From IMG/VR virus record IMGVR_UViG_3300032275_000001, positions 1 to 64,000 of that record: a stretch of DNA of 64,000 nucleotides; one strand, written 5' to 3'. Both the position numbers and the translations under genes were made by a program. The notes beneath the pieces were generated by a model. That model was not told the origin of the DNA, did no database searches, and worked only from the letters and a program-made list of their open reading frames with translations. This stretch comes from a virus. Lineage: Duplodnaviria > Caudoviricetes. The stretch's first letter is position 1, and the number at the start of each line of letters is the position of its first letter. This document shows positions 1 to 11,039 of the stretch, piece after piece.

Positions 1-182
1 TCTTGATCTTCAAAATCCTCTACAGGGAAACCAGTTAACAAGGAAGCTATTTGTTTTAGCTTCCTTGCAAATGATTTTTGTTCAAACTTTGGCCCATTGT
101 TAGTAAGACATAACTTTTCAATTATATCTCCTACAGTATTTTTTCCAGAACCCATACGTCCTGATATACCTATTACACTCAT
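1..182 (-). CDS. deoxynucleoside monophosphate kinase (partial, runs off the window)
   Basis: Not in the ORF track. Own translation: MSVIGISGRMGSGKNTVGDIIEK...KSFARKLKQIASLLTG, i.e. a P-loop GxxGSGK plus the SFAxxLK motif of phage dNMP kinases. ATG overlaps the recA stop (ATGA). Confidence 0.8.
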   Translation of the reverse strand, partial: MSVIGISGRMGSGKNTVGDIIEKLCLTNNGPKFEQKSFARKLKQIASLLTGFPVEDFEDQ

Positions 183-1246
183 AATTCCTCATCATTAGGC
201 ATTAAACTGTGATTTGCGCATGGTGCTAGTTCTACTGCAACATTAGGATTAAAAGAATTAATTACAAGTCTTTCTAGTTCTTCTAACTCTTCATAATTTT
301 CTTCTAAATAATCTTTCATTTTATCCATTCCTTGTAGCTTAATAGTTTCTTGAAATTCACCTAATAAATTAGTGTATGTAAACCATCCTGCTCCTCCTTT
401 TTTAATTAAATCAAAATCTACAGCATAATCAATTATTTCACCTAATTTATCTATACCATGTCCCCATACAATATTAAATTTAGCTTGTCCAAATGGTGAA
501 GCTAATTTATTTTTAATAACGTCTACAGTAGTTTTATTTAACTCATTAATTTTATCATTCATCTTCCAAACTTTCCATCTAACGTCAGCATAAAATTTAA
601 TAGCTTTTCCTCCTGTGGTAGTTGTAGGTTCTCCCATACTTCCAATAGCATCTCTTAACTGAGATATAATAAATAATGTACAATTATTCATATCAAGAAG
701 CCCTTTTACCTTCATACAAAATTTACTGTTGATTCTAGCTTGTAAACCAATTGTAGCGTCTCCCATTTCACCTTGTAACATTGCTTTTGGTTGAGCTGCT
801 GATTGACTATCTATAACAATACAAGATGTAATTTTCTTTTCTATTAGTGCTAATATCATATCATACCCTCCTTCTTGTGTTTCTGGTTGATATATCAACA
901 AATTATTAACATCAACTCCTAAAGACATAGCATATTTTTTATCAAAAGAATGCTCATAATCAAATAAAGCTGTTTTTTTATCTGGAAAAGCTTTTTGATA
1001 TTCTGCAATTTGATGTAAAACTATTGTCGATTTTCCTGAACTCTCAGGCCCAAATATTTCTACTATTTTTCCTAATGCAGTACCGCCAATACCCATTGCT
1101 TGATCTAATTGAAGACTACCTGTACTTACAATAGTTAAATCTTCTGGTACTAATCTACCAAGTCCATACTTTTTTTCTAATTCTGCAAGAATTAAATCAA
1201 TTCCTTGCTTTTCTACTTTTTGCTTTGCCATAACTAATAATTCCAA
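179..1246 (-). CDS. recA: RecA/UvsX-like recombinase
   Basis: STGSLQLD, Walker A GPESSGKS, DYEHSFD, IVIDS, SQLR, TTGGKAIKFYA and KNKLASPF motifs. The real start is probably MAKQK a few codons downstream. Confidence 0.95.
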   Translation of the reverse strand: MELLVMAKQKVEKQGIDLILAELEKKYGLGRLVPEDLTIVSTGSLQLDQAMGIGGTALGKIVEIFGPESSGKSTIVLHQIAEYQKAFPDKKTALFDYEHSFDKKYAMSLGVDVNNLLIYQPETQEGGYDMILALIEKKITSCIVIDSQSAAQPKAMLQGEMGDATIGLQARINSKFCMKVKGLLDMNNCTLFIISQLRDAIGSMGEPTTTTGGKAIKFYADVRWKVWKMNDKINELNKTTVDVIKNKLASPFGQAKFNIVWGHGIDKLGEIIDYAVDFDLIKKGGAGWFTYTNLLGEFQETIKLQGMDKMKDYLEENYEELEELERLVINSFNPNVAVELAPCANHSLMPNDEEL

Positions 1247-1794
1247 GTTTTATAATTAATAATATCTTTTACATTTTCTCTCTTTAAATTAAAATGATCT
1301 GCAATTTCTTGCTGAGAGAGATGATCATTATCTTGTTTAAATTTTCTTATTTCATTTACTTTTTCCATAGTAAGTTTTGCTCCATTATTTTTTTCTCCTT
1401 TTTGAGATTTATTACCTTTTAAAAAAGCATATCTAGTATTTTGACTTTGACTAATCCATTCAAGATTATCAACATGATTATTATCTCTAACACAATCAAT
1501 ATGATTAGCTACACATTTATAACTAGGTTTTTCTAAAAATGATTCTGCAACAAGCCTACTTACTATAGGATTATATAATTTTGAGTTTTTAGAAAGTTTA
1601 GCTTGTATATATCCTGTGTATCTTTTAAATGTTTTTAAGATTTTCTCATCTTTAATAATTTTTGTTTTGCTTTTTCTAGCTAAACTTTTAACTCTTCCGT
1701 AATTACTAATCTCATACAAGTCTTCATAATCTTTAATAGGTTTCCAAATTTCATTTGGGAGATTATCAATGTTTAAATTTTTCCAATGTTCCAT
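1234..1794 (-). CDS. free-standing NUMOD4-HNH homing endonuclease
   Basis: EIWKPIKDYEDLYEISNYGRVKS (NUMOD4), NHIDCVRDNNHVDNLEW (HNH), and a C-terminal HTH (AKLTMEKV...SQQEIA). Confidence 0.9.
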   Translation of the reverse strand: MEHWKNLNIDNLPNEIWKPIKDYEDLYEISNYGRVKSLARKSKTKIIKDEKILKTFKRYTGYIQAKLSKNSKLYNPIVSRLVAESFLEKPSYKCVANHIDCVRDNNHVDNLEWISQSQNTRYAFLKGNKSQKGEKNNGAKLTMEKVNEIRKFKQDNDHLSQQEIADHFNLKRENVKDIINYKTWNY

Positions 1795-2040
1795 ATTTTT
1801 ATATTTTTATATATGTAAAGATATGTTATATATGTTGGATATCCAAATAAAGTCACTAATTTTTTTGTGTTATTTCCTAACCTTCTGTGGTAAGATAGAC
1901 CCCATAAATTAGGGTTTATCTATCTACGATTGGTCCCATAAATCATGTAAATCGGGACAAAATAGTTATTCTTAGTGAAAAATAGGTATATCTGAACTGT
2001 TTTGGTGAAAAATAGGTTTGACTATTGACTATTAATAGTC

Positions 2041-2068
2041 AAAAAAACCCTATATTGCTATAGGGCTC
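2041..2068 (-). terminator. intrinsic terminator
   Basis: Minus strand CCCTATA-GCAA-TATAGGG followed by a T run. Confidence 0.75.
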
Positions 2069-2113
2069 TTTCTTCACAATTTAAAAAAACATAACAAAAC
2101 AGAACAGAACTTT

Positions 2114-2293
2114 TTATTCACTTGTTCTAAGTGATGTATTACCTTTTTCACACTTATCATACGGACAATGTCTGCATTCATTACCACAACATTGTTTCTT
2201 TGTCTTTAATAGATATTCCTTAGTGAAATGAATTCTTCCTTCCTCTAAGTAATAGTCTCTAAACTCTATGAATTCTTTTTTATCTTCACTCAT
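2114..2293 (-). CDS. small Cys-rich protein (DUF5522-like)
   Basis: Own translation, 59 aa: DYYLEEGRIHFTKEYLLKTKKQCCGNECRHCPY. Confidence 0.7.
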   Translation of the reverse strand: MSEDKKEFIEFRDYYLEEGRIHFTKEYLLKTKKQCCGNECRHCPYDKCEKGNTSLRTSE

Positions 2294-3004
2294 TTCTATT
2301 CATTTTAGAAGGAACTATGATGTATTCCTCATCAAATAATTGATGCACTCTCTTTGGATCTAAACTGAATATTTCTATTAGTTCTTCTGGAGATAATGCT
2401 GGATATCTTTCTTTGAACTCAAATATAAGAAGTTTAGTTTTTAGAGCTAGCTTTCTTGTATTCCCCATCTTGAGATTGTTTTATAAGTTCTCTTTCATCT
2501 TCAAATGCATATCGATATTTAGAATCTTTATATTCCTCCATAATATATGGATTTGCCATTTTTCTAAAGAAGTCTTTACTGGTGCTCTCTATAGCAATGA
2601 TGACATGACTATCATTATATCCACATACATATCCCTTATACTTAGGGTGCACTATCAACATATTCTTAAACTGGTTGAATACTTTTTCCATCTTTGTCTA
2701 GGTTTAAACTTGCTAATCTATTTTCTAACTCATATTCCACCTTCAAAATGAAACTAATCTTATCCTCAAGCTCTTGTTGAATGATTCTTCCTGCGAATGG
2801 CATAATATCCTGAAGATTTGTATACACTCTAGGTAATCCATATTTGGTTTTGATTTGTTGGTATTTAAATCCAGGGATACATGTAAGATCATTAAACACC
2901 TGATCAACATAAGCTAATACAGAAGGTTCTTCAATAGACATTCCATAATGTCCTTCTTCTAAATAAGCTGCATACTTATAATTAAATTCTTCACTCTTTC
3001 TCAT
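2286..3004 (-). CDS. three small hypothetical proteins (2286-2468, 2434-2691, 2666-3004)
   Basis: Tightly packed, overlapping co-directional ORFs. No recognised motif. Confidence 0.6.
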
Positions 3005-3016
3005 ATTTTTAATTAT

Positions 3017-3727
3017 TTATGTTTTAACTACAAATCCTGATTTGTCTTTCTTAGCTTCTCCTTTTGCATGTAAACCAATTACATGATTAGGAGGATCATA
3101 AAATCTAACATCAGTATCATCTCCATCATATACAGGATAACCATTCCATTCTTTAGGCAAATATACACCTTTTTTTGTATTAAACACAACAGCTACGTTA
3201 TATCCATTATTTAAAGCTATTTCACAATCACGATCATTCATTTCATTTTTACTAAATGTAACGTGATAGTTAGGAATAGCTTTTGTTAAATGTTTAAGCA
3301 CCTTAGTGTAATCATAGAAGTGCACATCTGAATATTGTTCAAAGATGTTAAATCTTATCCAGTTAATATCAGAAGTACCATTAAGTCTTACAGCAGGTAA
3401 CATATTTTCTTTCTTAGCCTTTGCAACAAGACTTTTTATGTCTTTATGTAGCAATTTAAAGAACTCATCTCTCTGCTCAAAGAACATAACAGTCTTCTTT
3501 ATACGAGCTTTTTGTACATTAGAAAATGCTCCCATACCAGAGGTATACAAGCAAGCTTCTGTACAACCTATGCTTCTCATAGGACATACTTCATAACCAG
3601 AGATCTTAGCAGGAGCTAAATATAGTATTCCTGTTAAGATTCCTAGTTTTTCTCCTTTTACAGTTTTGTAATTACTCCTGCTTAATAGTTTCATCGTAAT
3701 GCTCTCCTGTATTACCATTCTGTCCAA
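3017..3727 (-). CDS. Gp88-like protein (Cys cluster, radical-SAM-like)
   Basis: LYLAPA...CPMRSIGCTEACL, VRLNGTSDI, FYDYTK, YHVTFS and DGDDTDVRFYD. Probable start is MKLLSRSN. Confidence 0.7.
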   Translation of the reverse strand: MDRMVIQESITMKLLSRSNYKTVKGEKLGILTGILYLAPAKISGYEVCPMRSIGCTEACLYTSGMGAFSNVQKARIKKTVMFFEQRDEFFKLLHKDIKSLVAKAKKENMLPAVRLNGTSDINWIRFNIFEQYSDVHFYDYTKVLKHLTKAIPNYHVTFSKNEMNDRDCEIALNNGYNVAVVFNTKKGVYLPKEWNGYPVYDGDDTDVRFYDPPNHVIGLHAKGEAKKDKSGFVVKT

Positions 3728-4855
3728 TGATATTTATTCTTGCTTCTTTTAGTTTATCTTCTAAGATTTCAAATGCAGCTTCTATAGCAAATGCTTCTGC
3801 TTCTTTTCTTGTTTTCCAAGATTGAGTGGTAGCTTGATTACCTATTTTAATTGTAAATGTTCCATCTGGATATAAAAAGTTCTCTATTATGATATTATTA
3901 TCATCAAATACATCTAATAACATTCTAGGATTGGCATCAATCATAATTGCTAGTTTGTCATCTTCTATACCTGTTTCTCTCATCATATTCTTAAAATCAT
4001 CTGGAACATCTGATGTCTGTAGAGATTCAATCATCTTTTCTAAAAACCATGCTCTAATAACAACAGCTGATGCTGTATGTTTTTGTAATAAATCTATTCC
4101 TTTCATATTATTGTTCTATTGGTTGTTCATGTAATACTAGAGAGGCTTCTATCCACCACACTCTTTCAAAATCAAACTCAGTTAACGGTTCTTTCTCTTT
4201 GCATGCTTTATATTTGATGTCATACATCATTGCAGCCATCTCACAGAATGTAGCAGTCTTTTCTGTTCCATACTCTTCTATCAGTGATTCTAATATTTGT
4301 CTATTGAACATGTTCTTTTAGTTTATCAATTATTAATACTTCTTTTTCTTCATCCCAGCCTTCCCACACTTCAAAATCATCTTCAAATGTAATACCTATT
4401 TTATCTTCCCAGAACTCTATAAGATCTGCGCTCTTTTTAAATATTCTCAATTGAAGACTTATCTCATCTTTGCTTAGTCCTGATTTGATAATCTTAACAG
4501 ACTTAGGGAATTCACTTTGGAATGCTTTTGATGTTTTAGAATACTTACCTTGTTTAACAAGTTTAAAGTCTTGCTTGAATCTTTCATTGAGTTCATATAC
4601 AACAACAACAAATCCATCTTCATAATCATAATCTTCTATTATAGATTTTGTTCTTTCATATTCACCGTCTAAAAACTCCCTAAACTTATCCAAATTATCA
4701 GGCTTAAATAACAGATATATAGAATCTTTATAATCATGTTGCATTCTTTCATCTTTAATGTATCCATTTATAAATCCATTAGTTCTTAAAGCATCCTTTG
4801 GTACCCTTAAAGTGGGCACCATAAAGATACTAGTTATATTCTTTTTAACTTCCAT
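3672..4855 (-). CDS. hypothetical proteins (3672-4106, 4108-4311, 4301-4855)
   Basis: Contiguous ORFs in the operon with genome-typical codon usage. Confidence 0.6.
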
Positions 4856-4856
4856 G

Positions 4857-5909
4857 TTATCCCTTAATGTTAACTATTCCATTAGATAAATAGTTTTTGT
4901 GGCTTATGTTCCACGTTCCTGTTTCCTTACACCATATAAGTGCTTTAATTATATCTTTTACACCAGGATATGTTCTTCCTTTATGTACAAATCCATCATG
5001 AGCAGCTAGCATATCAAACTTATCAAGAGTGTATATAAGAGGTTGATAATAGTTTGTTGAATCACATACAATGAATTTTAAATATTCTACACTATATCCA
5101 TAATAAGGACTTTCTTCATCTCTTACAAGATGTAACATTGCATGAAAATACAAATAAGCTTGGATGTATGCTCTTCTGTAAAGATAATACTCTTCATAGA
5201 AATTCTCTACAGACCATGTGCATTTTAAATCATATGGCTGAATAACTTTTTCATCATGATCGATGATCACTTTATCTAACATACTCTTAAGAGGAAGACC
5301 ATCTATTTCATATCCTTCTACCTGCATTTGATCTATCACTGTATATCTAGAGCTATTTACTAGATTAACAATTGGTGCTGTTGTACTATTAGTCTTTAAC
5401 TGCTCAACAATCTTTTCAGCAATAGATACTTCCATTGTATTGATGACAGTTAGATTCTTGCTTCTAACAGTTCTAATTTCATTGTAATAGATCTCAGCAT
5501 CAGATCCAAAGAACTTACCTATTACAGCCTCATATTTAATCTTAAATCCTGATAGAGTGTATGCTTCTTGTGATATGTCTGTAAAATCTCTAGTCACTAC
5601 ACCAAATTCATCTGTACAATCTCTTGTTACACGATAGAGAGCTTCAACAAAGTCTAACATTAATCCTGTTGGTGTAGATAAACAAGATGACATATAAAAC
5701 TTTTCATCAAATAAATGAGGTTCCATAAGTAGGACCTCCACAATGCGTCCCATATTAGCTGCTGAGCTATCTTTATCTTCCACTTTCTCACCAAGAAAAT
5801 ATTTCTTGTAATACTTCTTTCTATCTGTAGAGAAATCTTTTAGGCTACTGGATGAATCCATAAGCACTGCTCTGTATTGAGCTTCTGTTTTTGCTGTTCC
5901 TTTTATCAT
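4857..5909 (-). CDS. PD-(D/E)XK exonuclease (RecE/ExoVIII-like)
   Basis: SSSSLKDF, AANMGRIVEVLL, KSMLDKV...YDLKCT and YIQAYLY motifs. Confidence 0.75.
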   Translation of the reverse strand: MIKGTAKTEAQYRAVLMDSSSSLKDFSTDRKKYYKKYFLGEKVEDKDSSAANMGRIVEVLLMEPHLFDEKFYMSSCLSTPTGLMLDFVEALYRVTRDCTDEFGVVTRDFTDISQEAYTLSGFKIKYEAVIGKFFGSDAEIYYNEIRTVRSKNLTVINTMEVSIAEKIVEQLKTNSTTAPIVNLVNSSRYTVIDQMQVEGYEIDGLPLKSMLDKVIIDHDEKVIQPYDLKCTWSVENFYEEYYLYRRAYIQAYLYFHAMLHLVRDEESPYYGYSVEYLKFIVCDSTNYYQPLIYTLDKFDMLAAHDGFVHKGRTYPGVKDIIKALIWCKETGTWNISHKNYLSNGIVNIKG

Positions 5910-5913
5910 AATA

Positions 5914-8339
5914 TTATTTAATTATTGTTACTTCTCCTTGTGTCTCAATCCAAACATGTGCTCCACAACTTAATGGTTTGTCTGGACTATATACCACCTT
6001 GCTAGGTCCTAGCACCTCAACTTCATGAGCATATCTATTATTCTTGTAAGTCTTAACAGTTAGAACAGGATCTTCTACACCATTCTTTCTGTTACTCTTA
6101 ATCACATGCTGGTTAACATGTATTATAGTCTTCATATTATTTATAGATTAATATTGCACTATATAATGACAATGATCCTTTTGGATCTTCTGTAGCAACT
6201 AAGTTAAATGATACAACGGTCTTCACTATCTTATCATCTAATAATTGCTGCAACTCTCTATTTATATTAAAGAGATGTTGATTCTCCCATGTCCATGTTT
6301 GCATCTTCTTTTATTTTTAAAATTTGATTAGTTAAATATTCTAATGAATAAGCATAAGCTTCTTCTGATTCATATGCAAACTCTATACCTATCTTTTCAA
6401 ATAGATATACAATAGCATGAAAGGCTTCATGAGCCACAATCCCTGGATTATCTATATCATCTTTAAATCTTATAAGAATACATCCAGTTTTTAGTTTAAA
6501 TGTAGTGGCTATACTTTTTTGATTAGTCATTTTCTTATCAAACTTCTTCTTAGATATATTCTCTCTGATATGTTCATATAGATCCTCATCTGATTGTCCT
6601 ATAGACACAACTATATCATGCCCATACACATCTATTGGTATCACTTTGAATATGTTCATAATGTTTGTTTAAATGCTTCTATAATTTGTGGATACAAAGC
6701 TCGTATCTCCCTTGGTACTCTTGAGAAAAACCATCTGATTTCAATTTCATAATTATGTCCATTTACATCCAATCCTTGTGGATACACTAGCCAGAAATGA
6801 TGATACTTCCCTTCATGCTCTACATGCCCTTCATGAAAAATTTCGTGAAAAGCAGGTTCTTTGTTTATTGTTATTGCGTTAGTCATCTATTGTAATGTTA
6901 TTAGTTATACGATGTTCTATTTCCTTCTTCATTATATCTTCTATCCATGGAGCTATTTTACCTCCCATATATTTAATGATATTATTGATATGTTGGTTTG
7001 ACATATCTGCTATAGATTTATATAATAGAGGATCTCTACCATCTTTACCTCTATTACCCCAATGTGCAGCACTTCTATTCATCTCATGATCATCTGATAG
7101 ATAGATTGTAGAGCTAGTATCAACTAAATCAAGATTCAATCCTCCATAGCGTTGATATTCATTACCACCATCTACCATTGTTTCATTAGTGCATCCACAT
7201 GTTTTATAATCATGTCTATGATAAGAAGTCAACATTTCTCCACATTCTCTACATTGTACTCTATTGAGTATTATTTGTTTTTCCATAATGTTTTATCTAT
7301 CACATTCAACAAATGATTCTGGATACTCTTTTAATGCTTTAAGGTATTCTTCTATCCAAGGTACAAAGTTATGATACATTCCCCAGCCATTTGGGCTATT
7401 AAATGTTTCATAATGTTTAGGTCTAGCTTTCATGTCAGCAAGTCCTTTTTCTATAATAGGAATTATTTCATTTGCTTTTACAGGATTAGCTTTTTCAAAC
7501 TTATATTCATTATCATAATCATCTTCAGGAATATTATATCCTTCTTTTAATTCATATGGTCTCCATAGTGTTTCATATAATCCAGCAGCTTCAGCCATCT
7601 TTCCAAGATTATGTGTAATGTTTGAACTATACAAAGATTCTCTTTGTGGTTCTAATGTTTTACCTTCGTCATAAGTGACATGGTAATTTCTATATAATGT
7701 TACGTCTAAACTCATTTGTTTTGTTTATTACAGGTTTTACATTTTAGTGTCTCTGGATCAAAGTTTCTCTCTGTCTTACACTTGTCACAATATTGATATA
7801 ATGTTATCATATTTTTAAAATAAACTTATTTGTGGTTTATTAGATCGAAACTTCTTTTCTAATTCATCCATTTGTATTGCATTATTTAAAAATTCTACAT
7901 TTGGATATAACCAATCTTGATTACCAACAAGTCTTATTTTTAAATGTTCAGATTTAAGAACAGGGTTTCCCATTCCTTGAAATTGTAAATCTTGAGAAAT
8001 AAAAAATGTTAGTATAGTATTGATAGAATATCTTTTATTAAAGTTAAACCACCAACCTTCTAACATAGGATTTGTAAAGATTTTTCCAAAGCAATATTCA
8101 TAAGAAGCTTTCTCATCTCCTACTATAGATCTTGCAAATAAAAAATAAGCTTCTTCTTCTCTAAATTTTCCAAAAGGAAAATAATCTCCCCATTCTAATT
8201 CTCCTATTACAATCCATCCTTGTTCTTCAGATCTTCTTATTCCTTTTTTCCATCTCTCATATCCTTTTTGTATGGTTTCTTCTCCATAATGACTAATGTC
8301 TATATTAGTCTGTTGTTTCATCATTTCTTCTGTTGTCAT
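5914..8339 (-). CDS. cluster of small hypothetical proteins (5914-6135, 6267-6659 with HEAFH zincin-like motif, 6656-6886, 6879-7286 Zn-ribbon, 7293-7715, 7815-8339)
   Basis: Coupled ORFs. HExxH in 6267-6659; CxxC...CxC...DGG in 6879-7286. Confidence 0.6.
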
Positions 8340-8725
8340 ATTGTTTTCTTTTTAGATTGTTTCTCTTTTAATGTTTTCTTATCGTGGCAGGTTGTACACA
8401 AAATCTGTAGGTTATCTTGTTCACAGAACAATCTTTCTACAAATCCTGGTAAATCATCTGCACAATTAAGACTCCCAGCAGGTAACACGTGATCAACGTT
8501 AATTTGTTTCTCAGGATACCACTTCTTACACTTCTTACACTGATATTCATACTTCTGGCGTTTACTAACACCTTTGTAATCTCTGCGTGCATTTAATTTA
8601 CATACTGATATAGGCTTCCACCATCTACTCTTTTGTCTCAAAGCACTTCTTATGAAGCTCCAGAAGGCTGCCTCACTCATTGTACCACTGCATCTTGTCT
8701 TTGGGACTAACACTCTCTTTGCCAT
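8336..8725 (-). CDS. HNH endonuclease
   Basis: CKKC...VDHVLP...NLQILCTTCHDKKT. Confidence 0.85.
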   Translation of the reverse strand: MAKRVLVPKTRCSGTMSEAAFWSFIRSALRQKSRWWKPISVCKLNARRDYKGVSKRQKYEYQCKKCKKWYPEKQINVDHVLPAGSLNCADDLPGFVERLFCEQDNLQILCTTCHDKKTLKEKQSKKKTI

Positions 8726-8761
8726 ATTATTATAATTAAGTTATGTCGCAAATATAGTAAA

Positions 8762-9217
8762 TTAATTACTTAAATAGTCAATTGCTGAAGTTAATATTGA
8801 AACATCATCATTAGAACAACCAAGAAGTATATTGCATTTAGAACATAATAAACCTCTTACTTTTCCAGTTGTATGACAATGATCAATGTATAATCCACCA
8901 TGTGTAGATATTGAAGAATGTTCAGTTTTACATATCTTACATTTTTTATCTTGAATAATATATAAACTTTCAATTTCTTCAAATGTTAAATTGTATTTAT
9001 TTAGTATTCCTCTATTTCTACTTTTAATATAGTTATAAGAATTCTTTTTTTGAACACTGTTACAATCTCTACAATAGTGATGAACACCATGTGTTCCAAC
9101 TTTGTTTTTATTAAATTGATCTAATTCTTTCTCCTCTTTACATTTACTGCATATTTTTTTCATGATTACATATTTTAAGCTGTAAAGATAACATACTCTT
9201 GCGACATATTGCGACAA
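8762..9217 (-). CDS. endonuclease VII-family homing endonuclease
   Basis: CKIC...IDHCHTTGKVRGLLCSKCN with an N-terminal Zn finger. Likely start is MKKICSKC at 9163. Confidence 0.9.
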   Translation of the reverse strand: MSQYVARVCYLYSLKYVIMKKICSKCKEEKELDQFNKNKVGTHGVHHYCRDCNSVQKKNSYNYIKSRNRGILNKYNLTFEEIESLYIIQDKKCKICKTEHSSISTHGGLYIDHCHTTGKVRGLLCSKCNILLGCSNDDVSILTSAIDYLSN

Positions 9218-9281
9218 AAGTATGTTAAATTTATGTTAAATAATCAATTACAAATTTGCGACACAACTATAATTAATTTTA

Positions 9282-10802
9282 CTACTTAATCGTGTTCACA
9301 CGATTGGTAATCTTAGCTTTCATCTCATTAAGATTCAATACAATAGCATTGATCTCTGCTGCTGATATAGAAGGCATGTTGAACTCATGTTTCTTAGCTT
9401 CAGTTGCAAATCCTTCTTTCGCTTTTTCAGCTAAGCTTTCCAATTCACGAATAGCATATTGCTCATCTAATTGTAAGAAATCAAAGCTTCTATCATTCAT
9501 GATCTGATCTGCTTCTTGAACAGTAGTTAGCATGAATGGAAGATATTCCCAACATCTACCTTTCTCTGTACCAATACCAACTACCTTCATAGGATTATGA
9601 AGAGTCATAACTGTAGTGTCACCACAAAGAACATAAGGAGCTGTATAGCCTGCGAAGTGAAGACCTGCTGTAGCACAATCTTGTGTACTCCAGTTACAAT
9701 CTTCTTTAGGCATGCTTACAACTTGTCCTACACGAATGTCAAATGTTTCGGTCCAGTTGTCAGTAAATCTATTTTCTTCTCTATTAGGAAGATCTAGATA
9801 GATTTCTGTAAGTGTACCAATTCTTTGTCCATAGTCTATAGGCCATTCTTCAGTGTATGTGTATTCTGCCACTTCACCTGTTCCACCACATCTTTCACAC
9901 TCTACCCATTCTCCATCTTCCCAAGCATCTTCATCTTCCCATCCACCATCACCTAAACAATCAGGACATGTTGTAGATGTATGAGTTTCTGTTTTAGTTA
10001 GATTATCTTTATGTACAAGTTTGTACTCTTCATCTTCTAAGAAGATTGTATAATCATCTGGGTTCTTTTTCCACACAGCTTTCACTTTATTGTAAGCATT
10101 ACTTACAAAATATACAAGCTCTGGAGATCCATGGAGTGTTACAACATTTCTAAGAGCTACAAAGAATCCTTGTTTAGTGATTTTGAAACTATTGTCTGTT
10201 AAGAATCTGTATAGTTCATTAGCAACCTCAGCTCTTGGATTAAGACAACACCACATGAAGAAGTTCTTATGTGCCATATAATCATCATCTTCGTTCAATG
10301 AATCAGGAGTAAAACCAAATCCTTTGTGATATTTAACTCTATCAACTATCTCAATGAATTTCTCTACAAGTAATTGAGGCATACTTCTAGATGTTCCTGT
10401 TAGATAAACAGAATTACCCTCTACAGTGAAATCAGGAAGATCACCAAGCAATTGAATTCCTTTCTGTAGAGCTTTGATTTTAGCTGCTTCAGCTTTAACC
10501 TTCTCTACATCAGCAACAACATCTTTAGAACCTATGATAGCATGTATTTCATGTGCATCTCTAGCTTTACTTACAGCATGGAAATCTGCTTCTGTTGCAT
10601 CAGGTTTAGTTATTACACTTCCATCATTCAACACTACAGTGAGAATGTCATTAGACAATTGAACTCTAAGACAAGGCTTTATCTTTGGAGTTTCCTCTTC
10701 TTGCATTAAACTCTCTAGCTTTTCAGCTACCACTTTAGTAATTGCAGATTCTGCTGTTTCTTTAAACCAGTCTAACGACAGGAATTTATTTGTATTACTC
10801 AT
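9282..10802 (-). CDS. rIIB: rIIB-like protein
   Basis: ELYRFL...ITKQGFFVALR...GQVVSMP...CATAGLH...GRCWEY motifs. Lies downstream of the rIIA-like gene. Confidence 0.7.
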   Translation of the reverse strand: MSNTNKFLSLDWFKETAESAITKVVAEKLESLMQEEETPKIKPCLRVQLSNDILTVVLNDGSVITKPDATEADFHAVSKARDAHEIHAIIGSKDVVADVEKVKAEAAKIKALQKGIQLLGDLPDFTVEGNSVYLTGTSRSMPQLLVEKFIEIVDRVKYHKGFGFTPDSLNEDDDYMAHKNFFMWCCLNPRAEVANELYRFLTDNSFKITKQGFFVALRNVVTLHGSPELVYFVSNAYNKVKAVWKKNPDDYTIFLEDEEYKLVHKDNLTKTETHTSTTCPDCLGDGGWEDEDAWEDGEWVECERCGGTGEVAEYTYTEEWPIDYGQRIGTLTEIYLDLPNREENRFTDNWTETFDIRVGQVVSMPKEDCNWSTQDCATAGLHFAGYTAPYVLCGDTTVMTLHNPMKVVGIGTEKGRCWEYLPFMLTTVQEADQIMNDRSFDFLQLDEQYAIRELESLAEKAKEGFATEAKKHEFNMPSISAAEINAIVLNLNEMKAKITNRVNTIK

Positions 10803-11039
10803 AATTTTTAATTTAATGTGTTAATTGCTATTTCTGTTAATTTTTCTGCATCTTTTTTTATTTTTTCATGATGCGCTTTGTTACTTGGACTAGGATTATG
10901 AAGTCTTTCGTCTGAAACTTGATCAAATATTAGATAAGTTTCAATTGCTTTAATCAGTTCTTCTTTTTTGTTTTTCATTTTATTTATTTATTTAATTGTT
11001 ACTTGTTAATGAGAGGGACACGAATGTCCCTCTGTTAAA

